Shown piece by piece: positions 55,448 through 64,000 of a DNA stretch of 64,000 nucleotides (within the stretch, counting starts at the first letter, position 1; every line of letters starts with the position of its first letter). The notes under the pieces were generated by a model. The model saw only the letters and a program-made list of their open reading frames with translations. It was not told where the DNA came from and searched no databases. Position numbers and translations under genes: made by a program. This DNA is from an uncultured virus (IMG/VR IMGVR_UViG_3300011906_000002) (lineage: Duplodnaviria; Heunggongvirae; Uroviricota; Caudoviricetes), in IMG/VR virus record IMGVR_UViG_3300011906_000002, positions 124,001 to 188,000 of that record; one strand, written 5' to 3'.

Positions 55448-56710
55448 ATGCAAACCCCACGAAAACTCAACCTTGGACTAGAGGCCATTCAGGTCATGTC
55501 CGATTTGCTCTATAAAGAGCTGACCCTTGCTTTCCAACGTATCCGCGACGAGAAGGCCTATAAAGGGAAAGCTCTTAAGGCCATCGATATTCCTGGTCTG
55601 ATCTTTGCACGTACAGGTGTACGCCTGGAGTTCGAAGTTGAAGACTCCTCGGATCTCAACGCCTACGTTCACATTCCCACCGTGGATAAGAACAACCCAT
55701 TGGTCTACAACTTCTTCAAACCCTATTTGGGCAGTGACGATTTTGACGGCCTGATCAAGAACAAAAAGATGGACCAAGTGCTCGGTTGGGTAGACCTGGC
55801 TCACGGTCGTCTGGGCGGCGCGTTCTCAGAAGTCAAACACAAGTCGGCGGTCCTGCGCGGGATGTTCGAAAGCAAGCTAGTCACAGCTGAAGAAATTGCT
55901 GCGATCATGCTTCACGAGCTAGGCCACCTCTTCACCTATTACGAATTCTTGGGTCATATCTTGACCACGAACGTGATCCTGCACGCGGCTACGCAGCAGT
56001 TCTTCAAGTCCGATGACAAGGTTCGTAAAGTGCGCCTGGTTCACGAAACCTGCAAAGCACTGGATGTTGAGATCGACGATGTTGAATCGTTGGTTCAGTG
56101 TACGGACAAAGAAGTCTTCCAGACAGTGTTCGTACGCAAGAAGATCCTCAACACCCGTAGCTCGCTCGGTACGCCTATTTATGACCTCACCGCTACCGAG
56201 GCCTTGGCTGACCAGTTTGCAGTGCGTATGGGTGCTGGACGGGCGCTAGCGACCGGTCTGGATAAGGTCATGCGTTACTACGGTGGCGGTAGCTCGTATC
56301 GCACCTCTGCAGGCCATGTGATTGCAACTGTGTTTAACGTGGCGTTGTTCATGTTCTTCACTGCACTCACCTTCGGTCTGTTCCTGTTGATCCTGTTCAT
56401 CAACCCGGCTGAGAAGACCTACGATCCGCCAGAGGCTCGTCTGCGTCGCATCCGTAACGAGATGATGGTCGCGATCAAGTCGCAGAAACTGACCGCTGAG
56501 CGTAAAGCTGAAACCATGGCGGACATCAAAGCTGTGGATCTGTTGCTCAAGCAGGTCGATGACAAGCGCGGTCTGATCGAGATGTTCTACACCTCGGTGT
56601 TGCCTTCGGGACGTCAGCAGTATCAACAGCTGAAGTTCCAAGTGGAGTTGGAGAAGCTGGTTAACAACGACCTGTTCCTCGCCCACGAACGCCTCAAACA
56701 ACTTTCTTAA
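55448..56710 (+). CDS. Virion (head) protein with zincin HEXXH motif and hydrophobic C-terminal segment
   Basis: LGLEA processing-like site, AAIMLHELGH, EALADQFAVRMG. Confidence 0.75.
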   Translation: MQTPRKLNLGLEAIQVMSDLLYKELTLAFQRIRDEKAYKGKALKAIDIPGLIFARTGVRLEFEVEDSSDLNAYVHIPTVDKNNPLVYNFFKPYLGSDDFDGLIKNKKMDQVLGWVDLAHGRLGGAFSEVKHKSAVLRGMFESKLVTAEEIAAIMLHELGHLFTYYEFLGHILTTNVILHAATQQFFKSDDKVRKVRLVHETCKALDVEIDDVESLVQCTDKEVFQTVFVRKKILNTRSSLGTPIYDLTATEALADQFAVRMGAGRALATGLDKVMRYYGGGSSYRTSAGHVIATVFNVALFMFFTALTFGLFLLILFINPAEKTYDPPEARLRRIRNEMMVAIKSQKLTAERKAETMADIKAVDLLLKQVDDKRGLIEMFYTSVLPSGRQQYQQLKFQVELEKLVNNDLFLAHERLKQLS

Positions 56711-56726
56711 ATAGCGAGACTCACCC

Positions 56727-57161
56727 ATGGACAACCTGCGCCAACTCTCCCAACAGTTCACCGATCAGCTCAACAGTTGCAACATTGGTCTGTATGACCG
56801 TGCCCGTGCAACTGCTGTACTGGCAGCCTCTGTGGTCGGTCGTGACTTGATCCTACCGTCTGCTCGTGTGGACAATGCGCGTAGTTACTACCGCACCACC
56901 GTTAAGATGGCGGTGTACGATCGCCTGAACGAAATCAACGAAGCAGTGCCGCTGGACATGGACGTCGCCGAAGACATGATCTTCCGCGTCTGGTACACCC
57001 GTTACCTGCTGGTACACGAGCCGGCTCATCCGCTGGGTCAACAACTGCTGGGCATGGCCATCTGTGTCGGCGTCTCGGAAGTAGACAACGGGATGGTCGA
57101 TTTCCTCAAAGCCAACCCCACACTGCTCAATGGTATTCAATACCTCTCTGACGCGGAGTAA
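56727..57161 (+). CDS. Putative virion protein
   Basis: 144 aa in the head-protein operon. Confidence 0.7.
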   Translation: MDNLRQLSQQFTDQLNSCNIGLYDRARATAVLAASVVGRDLILPSARVDNARSYYRTTVKMAVYDRLNEINEAVPLDMDVAEDMIFRVWYTRYLLVHEPAHPLGQQLLGMAICVGVSEVDNGMVDFLKANPTLLNGIQYLSDAE

Positions 57162-57166
57162 GGGTC

Positions 57167-58345
57167 ATGGATGAGAATGAAATCGAAGTACCGGACCTAG
57201 GCGATACCGAGGATGCTTTCGTTTCCTTGGAATCGGTGGCCGTGGATATCGATGCGTTCCTGAGCAACGTTCGGGAAACCGGCGGTGTGTCACGGACGAT
57301 GGCTGAGAAAGCGGCTCACCTGCTCCCAGCTGACACCAACTACGCCTACTACAGCGCAACCCCTACGCAGACTCAACTGAAAGTCACCCTCGAGGCGATT
57401 GATGTTAAGCAGGCGTTGTTGATTGTGGCTGCGGTAGCTGCAGTGGCAGCACTGGCTGTCAAAGTGTTTCAGTACATCAAGAAGTCACGTGAGAAAGTCG
57501 ATTTCGCCATCAAGTGGGTAGACTCTCGGATCGTGGCCATTGAGCGCTGTTTCACTGTCACCGAGCGCCTGATCGGCAAACTCGATGCAGACGGCAAGCA
57601 GAAGGCCAAAGAGATCCACAAGGAACTCACAGACAAATACACCGGACAGATGAACGAGATCCATACGGTGTTGGTCATGGATGTGATCTCCAACGGTAAG
57701 GTCTCTCACGCGCTACACGGCGCTGATCAGTTGGCCACCAAGCTCTATTCCCGACTCAAGTATTGCGTCGGAGAATTGGATTCGTTGACCAATGGTCACG
57801 AATCGGACATCAAAGAAAACTTGATGATCGATGTCGCTGACATGGCGTTGCCTAACAGCTTGTCGGCTATTCATACGTCGAATGCAGATAAAGCAGGTCC
57901 GGCGATGTCGGAGATTGCAACGGCACATGCCAAACTGCAAGAGACCAAGGTCAAGTTCCACGGCACCTTCGAAGAAGTCTTCAAGAAGTATGGTGGCAAC
58001 ACCGGTAGCAACTCCAAGATGTTCAAGACCAGTGCACTGCCACATGGCGGCGAACTTCAGGCCAAACTGGAAGCTATCGACAAGCGTGTCGCCAAGAAGA
58101 AAGACTTCGATCCGGAACAGCGGCGGGAACTGAACAAGGTTTCCTACGCGTTGCGCAGCGGTGTTCAACAGCTGATGGCCTACAGTCGTATGGTCACCAA
58201 GATGGCGTACGAAAGTCGCATGTATTGGTCGATCGTTGATGCTTACGCCACCGCGTACCTTAAGCGCATTTCTGCATTGGCTTTGGAGACGGATAACCAA
58301 GACGTTAAAGAAGCTTTGAGTCAGGCGGCTAAGAACCGAGTGTGA
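57167..58345 (+). CDS. Putative internal head protein
   Basis: Acidic N-terminus with VSLES and VTLEA motifs, then a hydrophobic helix. Confidence 0.7.
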   Translation: MDENEIEVPDLGDTEDAFVSLESVAVDIDAFLSNVRETGGVSRTMAEKAAHLLPADTNYAYYSATPTQTQLKVTLEAIDVKQALLIVAAVAAVAALAVKVFQYIKKSREKVDFAIKWVDSRIVAIERCFTVTERLIGKLDADGKQKAKEIHKELTDKYTGQMNEIHTVLVMDVISNGKVSHALHGADQLATKLYSRLKYCVGELDSLTNGHESDIKENLMIDVADMALPNSLSAIHTSNADKAGPAMSEIATAHAKLQETKVKFHGTFEEVFKKYGGNTGSNSKMFKTSALPHGGELQAKLEAIDKRVAKKKDFDPEQRRELNKVSYALRSGVQQLMAYSRMVTKMAYESRMYWSIVDAYATAYLKRISALALETDNQDVKEALSQAAKNRV

Positions 58346-58388
58346 CGGCATAAAAGTACAGGGCGGGGTGACCCGCCCTGTATGCCGC

Positions 58389-61298
58389 TTATGCGTTGGT
58401 GTGACGCAAGAACGTAATGGTGACGTCATCTACCACTGAGTAGGTCCCATCAGCCAAAGCTTGTAGCTTCTTACGAATGCCAAAACGTGCAGACTGGTCC
58501 ATCAAGGTCACTACTCGGTAGTTGTTAGAACCACCCAACCCCGATACTGCTGAGGTTATTACCTGGTCTTTCGCCGACTCGATGATGCGGTTCTCGATGT
58601 CGATGCAGCGTACCGTGTCTTTGGTAAACTCATCTGCCAGAATCTCCAAGATACTGGTTTCAATCGAAGCCCGCAGTGGCAAGTCTTCGTACCCCGACTT
58701 GGTCATATACAACTCAATGACCATGGCCTGTTCCACCGGCAAGCGAACTTCAAAGCCTTCCAACACCAACGCATCCACGTAACCGGTTGTGCGTTGTGGG
58801 TAGAAGTACAGATCTGTCAGCTCAAGCATCTTCTTAGACGCCATCGCAATGTCGTTTTCCAACCAACCCACCACCGTATTCGGAATCGAACGGGTATAGG
58901 CTTGGGTGGTGTCGTCATCAGCGAAGTAGTACAGTCCATCGACCAAGAACAAGTCAACTTGTCGCACCACTTTACGCGGACTGGCGACAATTGGATTGCC
59001 ATCTGAGTCCAGCACCAAGTCACCCTTTTGATGCAGATACTGCTGTACCCCGTTCTCCAACACAGGGTCTCCGATGTTGTGGAGGATTTCAAAGACCGGC
59101 TTACCTTCCTCCATCGTAATCACGTAAGAACCTGTGATCGGATCACGAGTGTAGACAGTGCTGGTATAGACGGCAGGGACGTCGGTCTCATACGTCAGAT
59201 ACCCTTCACTACCCACCACGCTGCGACTGTTCGTCCACAACCGATCCAGTGCATGACCCAACACGAAGTTGAGTTCTTCTTGGATGATTGCGTAGTGTGT
59301 AGCAGGCACTACGGTGGTGTCCGTCAACTTATCCATCTCAGAGAACTGCATGTCTTGGGTCAAGTAGTTACTCACCCCATAGATCAAGGTGAACTTGTCC
59401 TTAAGCCGAATCCCGCACGGTTGGACTTGTCCAAAGATGGTGAAGTTATTGACGATCAATCGGTCTTCGCTGTCGATGTCGTAATTGGTTTGCACCAAGA
59501 ACTCATAAGCCGCTTCACCGGTGTCCTCATTGACGTACAACAAGGTTCCTTCAAGTGAGGCGCGACCGTTCTCCTCTGGAGCTTCAAAGCTCAACACTAC
59601 GTGTCGTTGGGCCAAGTCCAACCCTTTATACACAGGACCGGAACTCGTTGTGATCACGACTCGATACCCAGCCGCCACTTTCTCAATGGCGTAGGAACTG
59701 GTTGAGACCACCAACCCTAAGCTTGCGTTTTCTTCCACGAACGCTTTTGAGGTGATGTCCGGACTGTCTAGATGGTAAGCCCGTGTGGTGAAGTAATCCC
59801 CTTCCAGGTCCCAGACGTAGTAGAACGGCGACCACAGGTAGTTCTTGCCGCTGACTTCCTGGGCAAAGACGTCGGTGTTACGCAACGCTTCGAGACCCAG
59901 AATAGAGGCTTCGGGCAATACCTTTAACAAGGAGTCGTTGTTCTGGTACAACACCTTCGGCGTCAACGTTAAGCGGTTAGTGTTGTCCCACACCCCGTGT
60001 AAGCTACGCAGCTCATCTGCCGTGGATTGAAGCATCCCCATGGTAGACGCCATCCCGGTATAGACACTCAAGTCATCGGGCGTGGGGAGTGTGCGTGTTG
60101 CCAGAATCTGCCGGTTGGTTACGTAGTCCGTGTTGACCACCGTACTGAAGCCTGCATTCTCAAGCGTCGCCCCCAGCTGAACACTGGTGATCGGCAATTG
60201 TTGATCGCCCATCGCGGTACTGATCAGACGCTCACGGACCTTATCAAAAGGCATCGCATTCTGACCACCGGTGACAGTTGATTCTGAATAGACAGAGATG
60301 GCATTGAAGGTCTTCAGCGGCGCGGCGTAGTACCCATCGTCATCGTTGTCATAATCCAACCACGTCGCCCCGTACGCATTCGGTGGGTAGTTGTCGAGGA
60401 TCAGATTGATCTCGCCCTGAGTGCTGTAGATCTCCACCCGTAGCTCGCGTGTGACCATCCCATTGGCTTGGTACACCAACGGCACACTGACTTTCACAGA
60501 GCCCTCGTAGACCTTTAGAACGGCAGTGGGTGTGGTGACGTCAAAGACCTGCTCACTGTGCGTGGTCTTCATCTCCTCCCAGGTACCGTCTTCCAGAGAA
60601 CGATACACTCGAGCGAAATGGAACTGACCACTGAAACCGTACGTCGCTTCCGTCAACAGACCCATGCTGACTTTCGGGTAGTACACTTCCGAGACCAGTT
60701 GCAACACAGGAATCTGCAGACAGATAAATACGGTACCGTCAATGTTAACGATCTCGTGATCCACCACGTTGGTTTCCAAGCTTAAGAACGGCGACTTACG
60801 ACTCACGTCGTGCAATACGTTCAAACCGCCATGGCTCATCACCCGCAACTCGATCGGGTACTGCATCATGAAACTGTAACCGGCTACCGTAAAGGTGGTG
60901 TGACGCGGGATCACCAGTTTCTTCATGTTGGTCAGAGGCGTCGGCAGTGCTTTAGAACGCACCTCCTCCAAACTCAACAACATGACCATGGTAGTAGAGG
61001 ACGGTGTCCCGAAACGCCCCAAGAAGTCCTTATCCGACATGTGCATGTAGATTTCGTCTTCGTCTTGAGCCATCACCCCGTATTGCTTACGGGAGTAGTC
61101 TGCAAAACTGGACATTGCTGCCGAGGCATTCACTGCACTGGCTTCGAGCAGGAACATAAACGGGTTCGTGGGGTCCACAACCAACCGGGTCCCTGCGTTA
61201 ACTTCCTCCAACACATCCAGTGCCACTTGGCAAATGGCTGAAGGGTTAAACCGAACGAGGTCGATCTGTGCCTTCATCTCTTCAATCGACAGTGGCAT
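58389..61298 (-). CDS. Large virion structural/baseplate protein (gp87-like)
   Basis: 969 aa; DPTNPF.FLLE, HMSDKD motifs; synteny. Confidence 0.7.
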   Translation of the reverse strand: MPLSIEEMKAQIDLVRFNPSAICQVALDVLEEVNAGTRLVVDPTNPFMFLLEASAVNASAAMSSFADYSRKQYGVMAQDEDEIYMHMSDKDFLGRFGTPSSTTMVMLLSLEEVRSKALPTPLTNMKKLVIPRHTTFTVAGYSFMMQYPIELRVMSHGGLNVLHDVSRKSPFLSLETNVVDHEIVNIDGTVFICLQIPVLQLVSEVYYPKVSMGLLTEATYGFSGQFHFARVYRSLEDGTWEEMKTTHSEQVFDVTTPTAVLKVYEGSVKVSVPLVYQANGMVTRELRVEIYSTQGEINLILDNYPPNAYGATWLDYDNDDDGYYAAPLKTFNAISVYSESTVTGGQNAMPFDKVRERLISTAMGDQQLPITSVQLGATLENAGFSTVVNTDYVTNRQILATRTLPTPDDLSVYTGMASTMGMLQSTADELRSLHGVWDNTNRLTLTPKVLYQNNDSLLKVLPEASILGLEALRNTDVFAQEVSGKNYLWSPFYYVWDLEGDYFTTRAYHLDSPDITSKAFVEENASLGLVVSTSSYAIEKVAAGYRVVITTSSGPVYKGLDLAQRHVVLSFEAPEENGRASLEGTLLYVNEDTGEAAYEFLVQTNYDIDSEDRLIVNNFTIFGQVQPCGIRLKDKFTLIYGVSNYLTQDMQFSEMDKLTDTTVVPATHYAIIQEELNFVLGHALDRLWTNSRSVVGSEGYLTYETDVPAVYTSTVYTRDPITGSYVITMEEGKPVFEILHNIGDPVLENGVQQYLHQKGDLVLDSDGNPIVASPRKVVRQVDLFLVDGLYYFADDDTTQAYTRSIPNTVVGWLENDIAMASKKMLELTDLYFYPQRTTGYVDALVLEGFEVRLPVEQAMVIELYMTKSGYEDLPLRASIETSILEILADEFTKDTVRCIDIENRIIESAKDQVITSAVSGLGGSNNYRVVTLMDQSARFGIRKKLQALADGTYSVVDDVTITFLRHTNA

Positions 61299-61312
61299 TG
61301 TAGCCCCCTTAT

Positions 61313-61714
61313 TTAGTTAATGTGTTCTGGTAGTTCTACGTGCAAGCCAAACTTACACGCAACCAACAACTGCGCAACCGCAGTGCCTAAATCTTCATGG
61401 GTGTGAGCAAACCCGCTCTTACTGACCCGAGCAGACCCGCATTCCCACTTCACACTCACCCGGTGGTCAATCATCAGTTGTAAAATGACGTACTTCAATC
61501 GAGTGGGTACCCACTGCGTGTAGTGATTGAAGTGGTGCGGTTCGGTACACTCATTTTCATTTGGATCAGGCTCGTCCATGGTCATGTAACCATCGTCTTC
61601 ATGGTAACGAATCTGTCCTACCCCATAGATCGGTTCAATCCAATCCAACGCCATTGCGAGGGCATAATCCAATGGCAATCCGGTGAGGCTAAAACTGCGA
61701 TGTTTGCGGGTCAT
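61313..61714 (-). CDS. DUF2591/NinX-like phage protein
   Basis: LTG..LDYA.A N-terminal motif. Confidence 0.6.
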   Translation of the reverse strand: MTRKHRSFSLTGLPLDYALAMALDWIEPIYGVGQIRYHEDDGYMTMDEPDPNENECTEPHHFNHYTQWVPTRLKYVILQLMIDHRVSVKWECGSARVSKSGFAHTHEDLGTAVAQLLVACKFGLHVELPEHIN

Positions 61715-61735
61715 AAACGGGTGCTCCAGAAAGGG

Positions 61736-62860
61736 TTACATCTTCAAAGGATCGAACTCGGTGTTTTTATCTGACCCGAGGTCCTCGACGCCAAAGTTGA
61801 AACGGTTCTCGTACTCAGCGTACAGCTCACGCGGTACCCACCATTGCAACTCATGCGACTCCTGATCGATGTAGGGGTAGCCGTGGTAATTGAAATAGTC
61901 CAACTCATCAGTGGTTACTTTACGGTAGTACTTTGAACGATCGGCATCACTGCCTTTCATCTTACCGTTAAAGATCGCCACCACTGCGTTGAATTCAGCA
62001 ATGATGATCGGGTCATTGTAATCGGCCCCCATTGCTTTAAAGCGAATGCTCAACTGATCATTGTCGCCGTTGTACACACCCTCGTTGGTGAAGTTAAACG
62101 CATTACCCAACGGACTGTTTAACGGAAAGGCTGCGCCACAACACGCAATCTTTTGAACGTACTGGCGCTTGTGATCCAAGATCAAACGGTAGATCCGTGT
62201 CTGGTAATCGATGCGCCGTTCAACAATGTTCTCAGGATATGGCACCATTACGCCTTGGTAAACCGAGGACATATAGTGGAGCCATACGAAAAACAGCAAT
62301 GATATAGGGTCGCCTTCAATATTTTTGAAGGTCGCGTTGAGTTCAAACGTCTCAAAGAAACGCGAGTGGCTATCAACCATGCTCCAAGCTTCTTGGAAAA
62401 GACCCGGTGTGGAGGTGAAAGTCTCGACACCAACATCTGGCCAACCACTGAGGGAAATCAGATTGTTGCTAAGTAGTGGTATGAATGCGCTGTCCTGATC
62501 AATCAGCGGACATGCCAATGGGACTCCACTGCCACCTAGGGTGGGGTCATCAAACTTAGCCGGACTCCCAAGGTAAGGGTCTAGCAGCATACGTACTGCA
62601 CGCTGTAAAGTGTTCACCCCACCGCCGTTGCCATCGAGCAGCGGTGTCAGGACGCGCACAGGCGTTATGTTATCGTATGTTAGGTTGAGATTAGGCCGCG
62701 TAAAAAAGGTCAGGCCCACATTGTCTTTGTTGTTCGGTACGGGGTTTCCGTAGCCGCGGTGGTTGATCCCAAAAAGCGTGTTCAACGCCGCCTGGGAAAT
62801 GTCACCTCGACCGACTGACCGTGAGATCTGTCCTAGGACATCCTTAATCGTTTTGCTCAT
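61736..62860 (-). CDS. Virion structural protein (gp88-like)
   Basis: GLTFFTRP.LNL, FIPLLSN..SLSGWPD, IDY.TRIYR motifs; AAGG RBS at ATG 62860. Confidence 0.7.
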   Translation of the reverse strand: MSKTIKDVLGQISRSVGRGDISQAALNTLFGINHRGYGNPVPNNKDNVGLTFFTRPNLNLTYDNITPVRVLTPLLDGNGGGVNTLQRAVRMLLDPYLGSPAKFDDPTLGGSGVPLACPLIDQDSAFIPLLSNNLISLSGWPDVGVETFTSTPGLFQEAWSMVDSHSRFFETFELNATFKNIEGDPISLLFFVWLHYMSSVYQGVMVPYPENIVERRIDYQTRIYRLILDHKRQYVQKIACCGAAFPLNSPLGNAFNFTNEGVYNGDNDQLSIRFKAMGADYNDPIIIAEFNAVVAIFNGKMKGSDADRSKYYRKVTTDELDYFNYHGYPYIDQESHELQWWVPRELYAEYENRFNFGVEDLGSDKNTEFDPLKM

Positions 62861-62886
62861 GAAACACCTTCGAAGGATTTGCAACC

Positions 62887-64000
62887 ATGATGAATGACGT
62901 CGTCACCGGCCTTGCGCTGGCCGGTAAGCTCACGGAGGTTATGCGTAACAGCACCTCCGACTCGTTGATCGAGTACACCAAGCCCACTCGCGTTGAACCG
63001 CTTGTGTTGATGGATGCTCGTGTTACCAAACTCGATGTCGCTCCTGACATCATGCAGTCGTTGACTTCATTGTTCAGCGGCTATTACCTACAGGCTGTTG
63101 CACTGTCGGTAAACGTGGGCCGGGTCGATGTAGTAAAGCTGCTCGACAAACTCAACCCACAACGCAGCGTCAAAGACAACGTTGCCAACGGCATCAGTGA
63201 CGGCGTATCGCTTGTCCTGGAAGATGCTCGCTCATATAGTTTCCGTCTCCCGGTACCGGGTCAGGGAAGCGGGCTGGAAAAGTTCGGCATCTCCATGGAA
63301 GCGGCAACTGTGCGTGAGATGGCACGTGCTGCAGGCAACGGTGAAACTGTACCTGGCGGTGAAGAAACCGCAGGCTTTGGTCGTGACACGGTAGCCTCGC
63401 TCCAAGACCTGACTAACCTTTCGGTTGGTAAGATGTTGGAAGTACAGATTGAGTCGGATGGTCAGCGTGCTACCTTCCCGATTAACGTGCGCCTAATCTG
63501 CACAGGCATCGGTTCTAGTGAACTGGTTCATATCCTATCGGTGGGAAGCAAGAAAATCACCGTGAAGGAACGATTCCATGCTTGGCGTTCAGGCCAACTC
63601 GAGTTCATTCGTGACCTCGTAATGTGCCAAGACCTGATCGATGCCCACAAGAAAACCCTCGCCAAAGACAACTCCGGTCTGTACGAGGAAATCCGCAATC
63701 GTCGTCGTGGTAACAGCATCTCGGCAATCTTCTCCGGTCAACCGTCCGTGGCCACAGCCTCGAACCTGATCGTTGTGGGTGCACCGACTGCCCGTGAACT
63801 GGAACGCGCTGTAGGCGGCCGTCTGAAGGACCTGCGGGTGCGTGACAAGATCTTCAACGAGACCTACTGCATGATCCTCTGTGTAGTGGACCCGGACTAC
63901 GAGATCGTAACCTTCTATCATCGGGGTATTGCTATCCCGACTGAGCTGTCGTTCAAGGAGCTGAAAGTCTCCAACGGCAAGAAGGGGCCTGATGTGGCCG
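62887..64000 (+). CDS. Head protein (gp89-like), runs off the window
   Basis: Open from ATG 62887 to the end of the window: MMNDVVTG...SL.EYTKPTRVEP...NLSVGK; internal GLE and SME motifs. Confidence 0.8.
   Translation, partial: MMNDVVTGLALAGKLTEVMRNSTSDSLIEYTKPTRVEPLVLMDARVTKLDVAPDIMQSLTSLFSGYYLQAVALSVNVGRVDVVKLLDKLNPQRSVKDNVANGISDGVSLVLEDARSYSFRLPVPGQGSGLEKFGISMEAATVREMARAAGNGETVPGGEETAGFGRDTVASLQDLTNLSVGKMLEVQIESDGQRATFPINVRLICTGIGSSELVHILSVGSKKITVKERFHAWRSGQLEFIRDLVMCQDLIDAHKKTLAKDNSGLYEEIRNRRRGNSISAIFSGQPSVATASNLIVVGAPTARELERAVGGRLKDLRVRDKIFNETYCMILCVVDPDYEIVTFYHRGIAIPTELSFKELKVSNGKKGPDVA

Noticed and set aside
1..64000. CRISPR arrays, tRNA/rRNA genes, IS elements
   Set aside because: No regularly spaced direct repeats, canonical tRNA cloverleafs or transposase motifs seen by eye; tRNAscan-SE was not run

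Overview
This window is a 64-kb segment of a nucleus-forming (phiKZ-like, Chimalliviridae) jumbo phage genome. It holds the core phage-nucleus block: PhuZ tubulin, chimallin (ChmA), a probable ChmC RNA-binding protein, a probable PicA import factor, four non-virion RNA polymerase subunits, one virion RNAP beta' fragment, both halves of a split family-B DNA polymerase, an SbcD nuclease, an SF2 helicase, and head/baseplate genes. Early accessory clusters are interspersed. phiKZ gp equivalences come from recalled motifs and synteny, not from a database search. Three signals are not explained by the gene set. (1) Several densely base-paired, ORF-poor intergenic units (about 10263-10697, 12208-12651, 55219-55385, possibly 9818-10232 and 48586-48725) look like large structured non-coding RNAs; some begin at a TATG late-promoter motif and end at a hairpin plus TATGCC. 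(2) A hairpin-associated TATGC(C/T)G motif recurs about 20 times at transcript ends. (3) A U-UUU-UUU slippery site could fuse the 44730 ORF to the 46301 ORF by -1 frameshifting, as in tail-chaperone G/GT pairs. No tRNA, rRNA or CRISPR array was recognised. All RNA structures were paired by eye.
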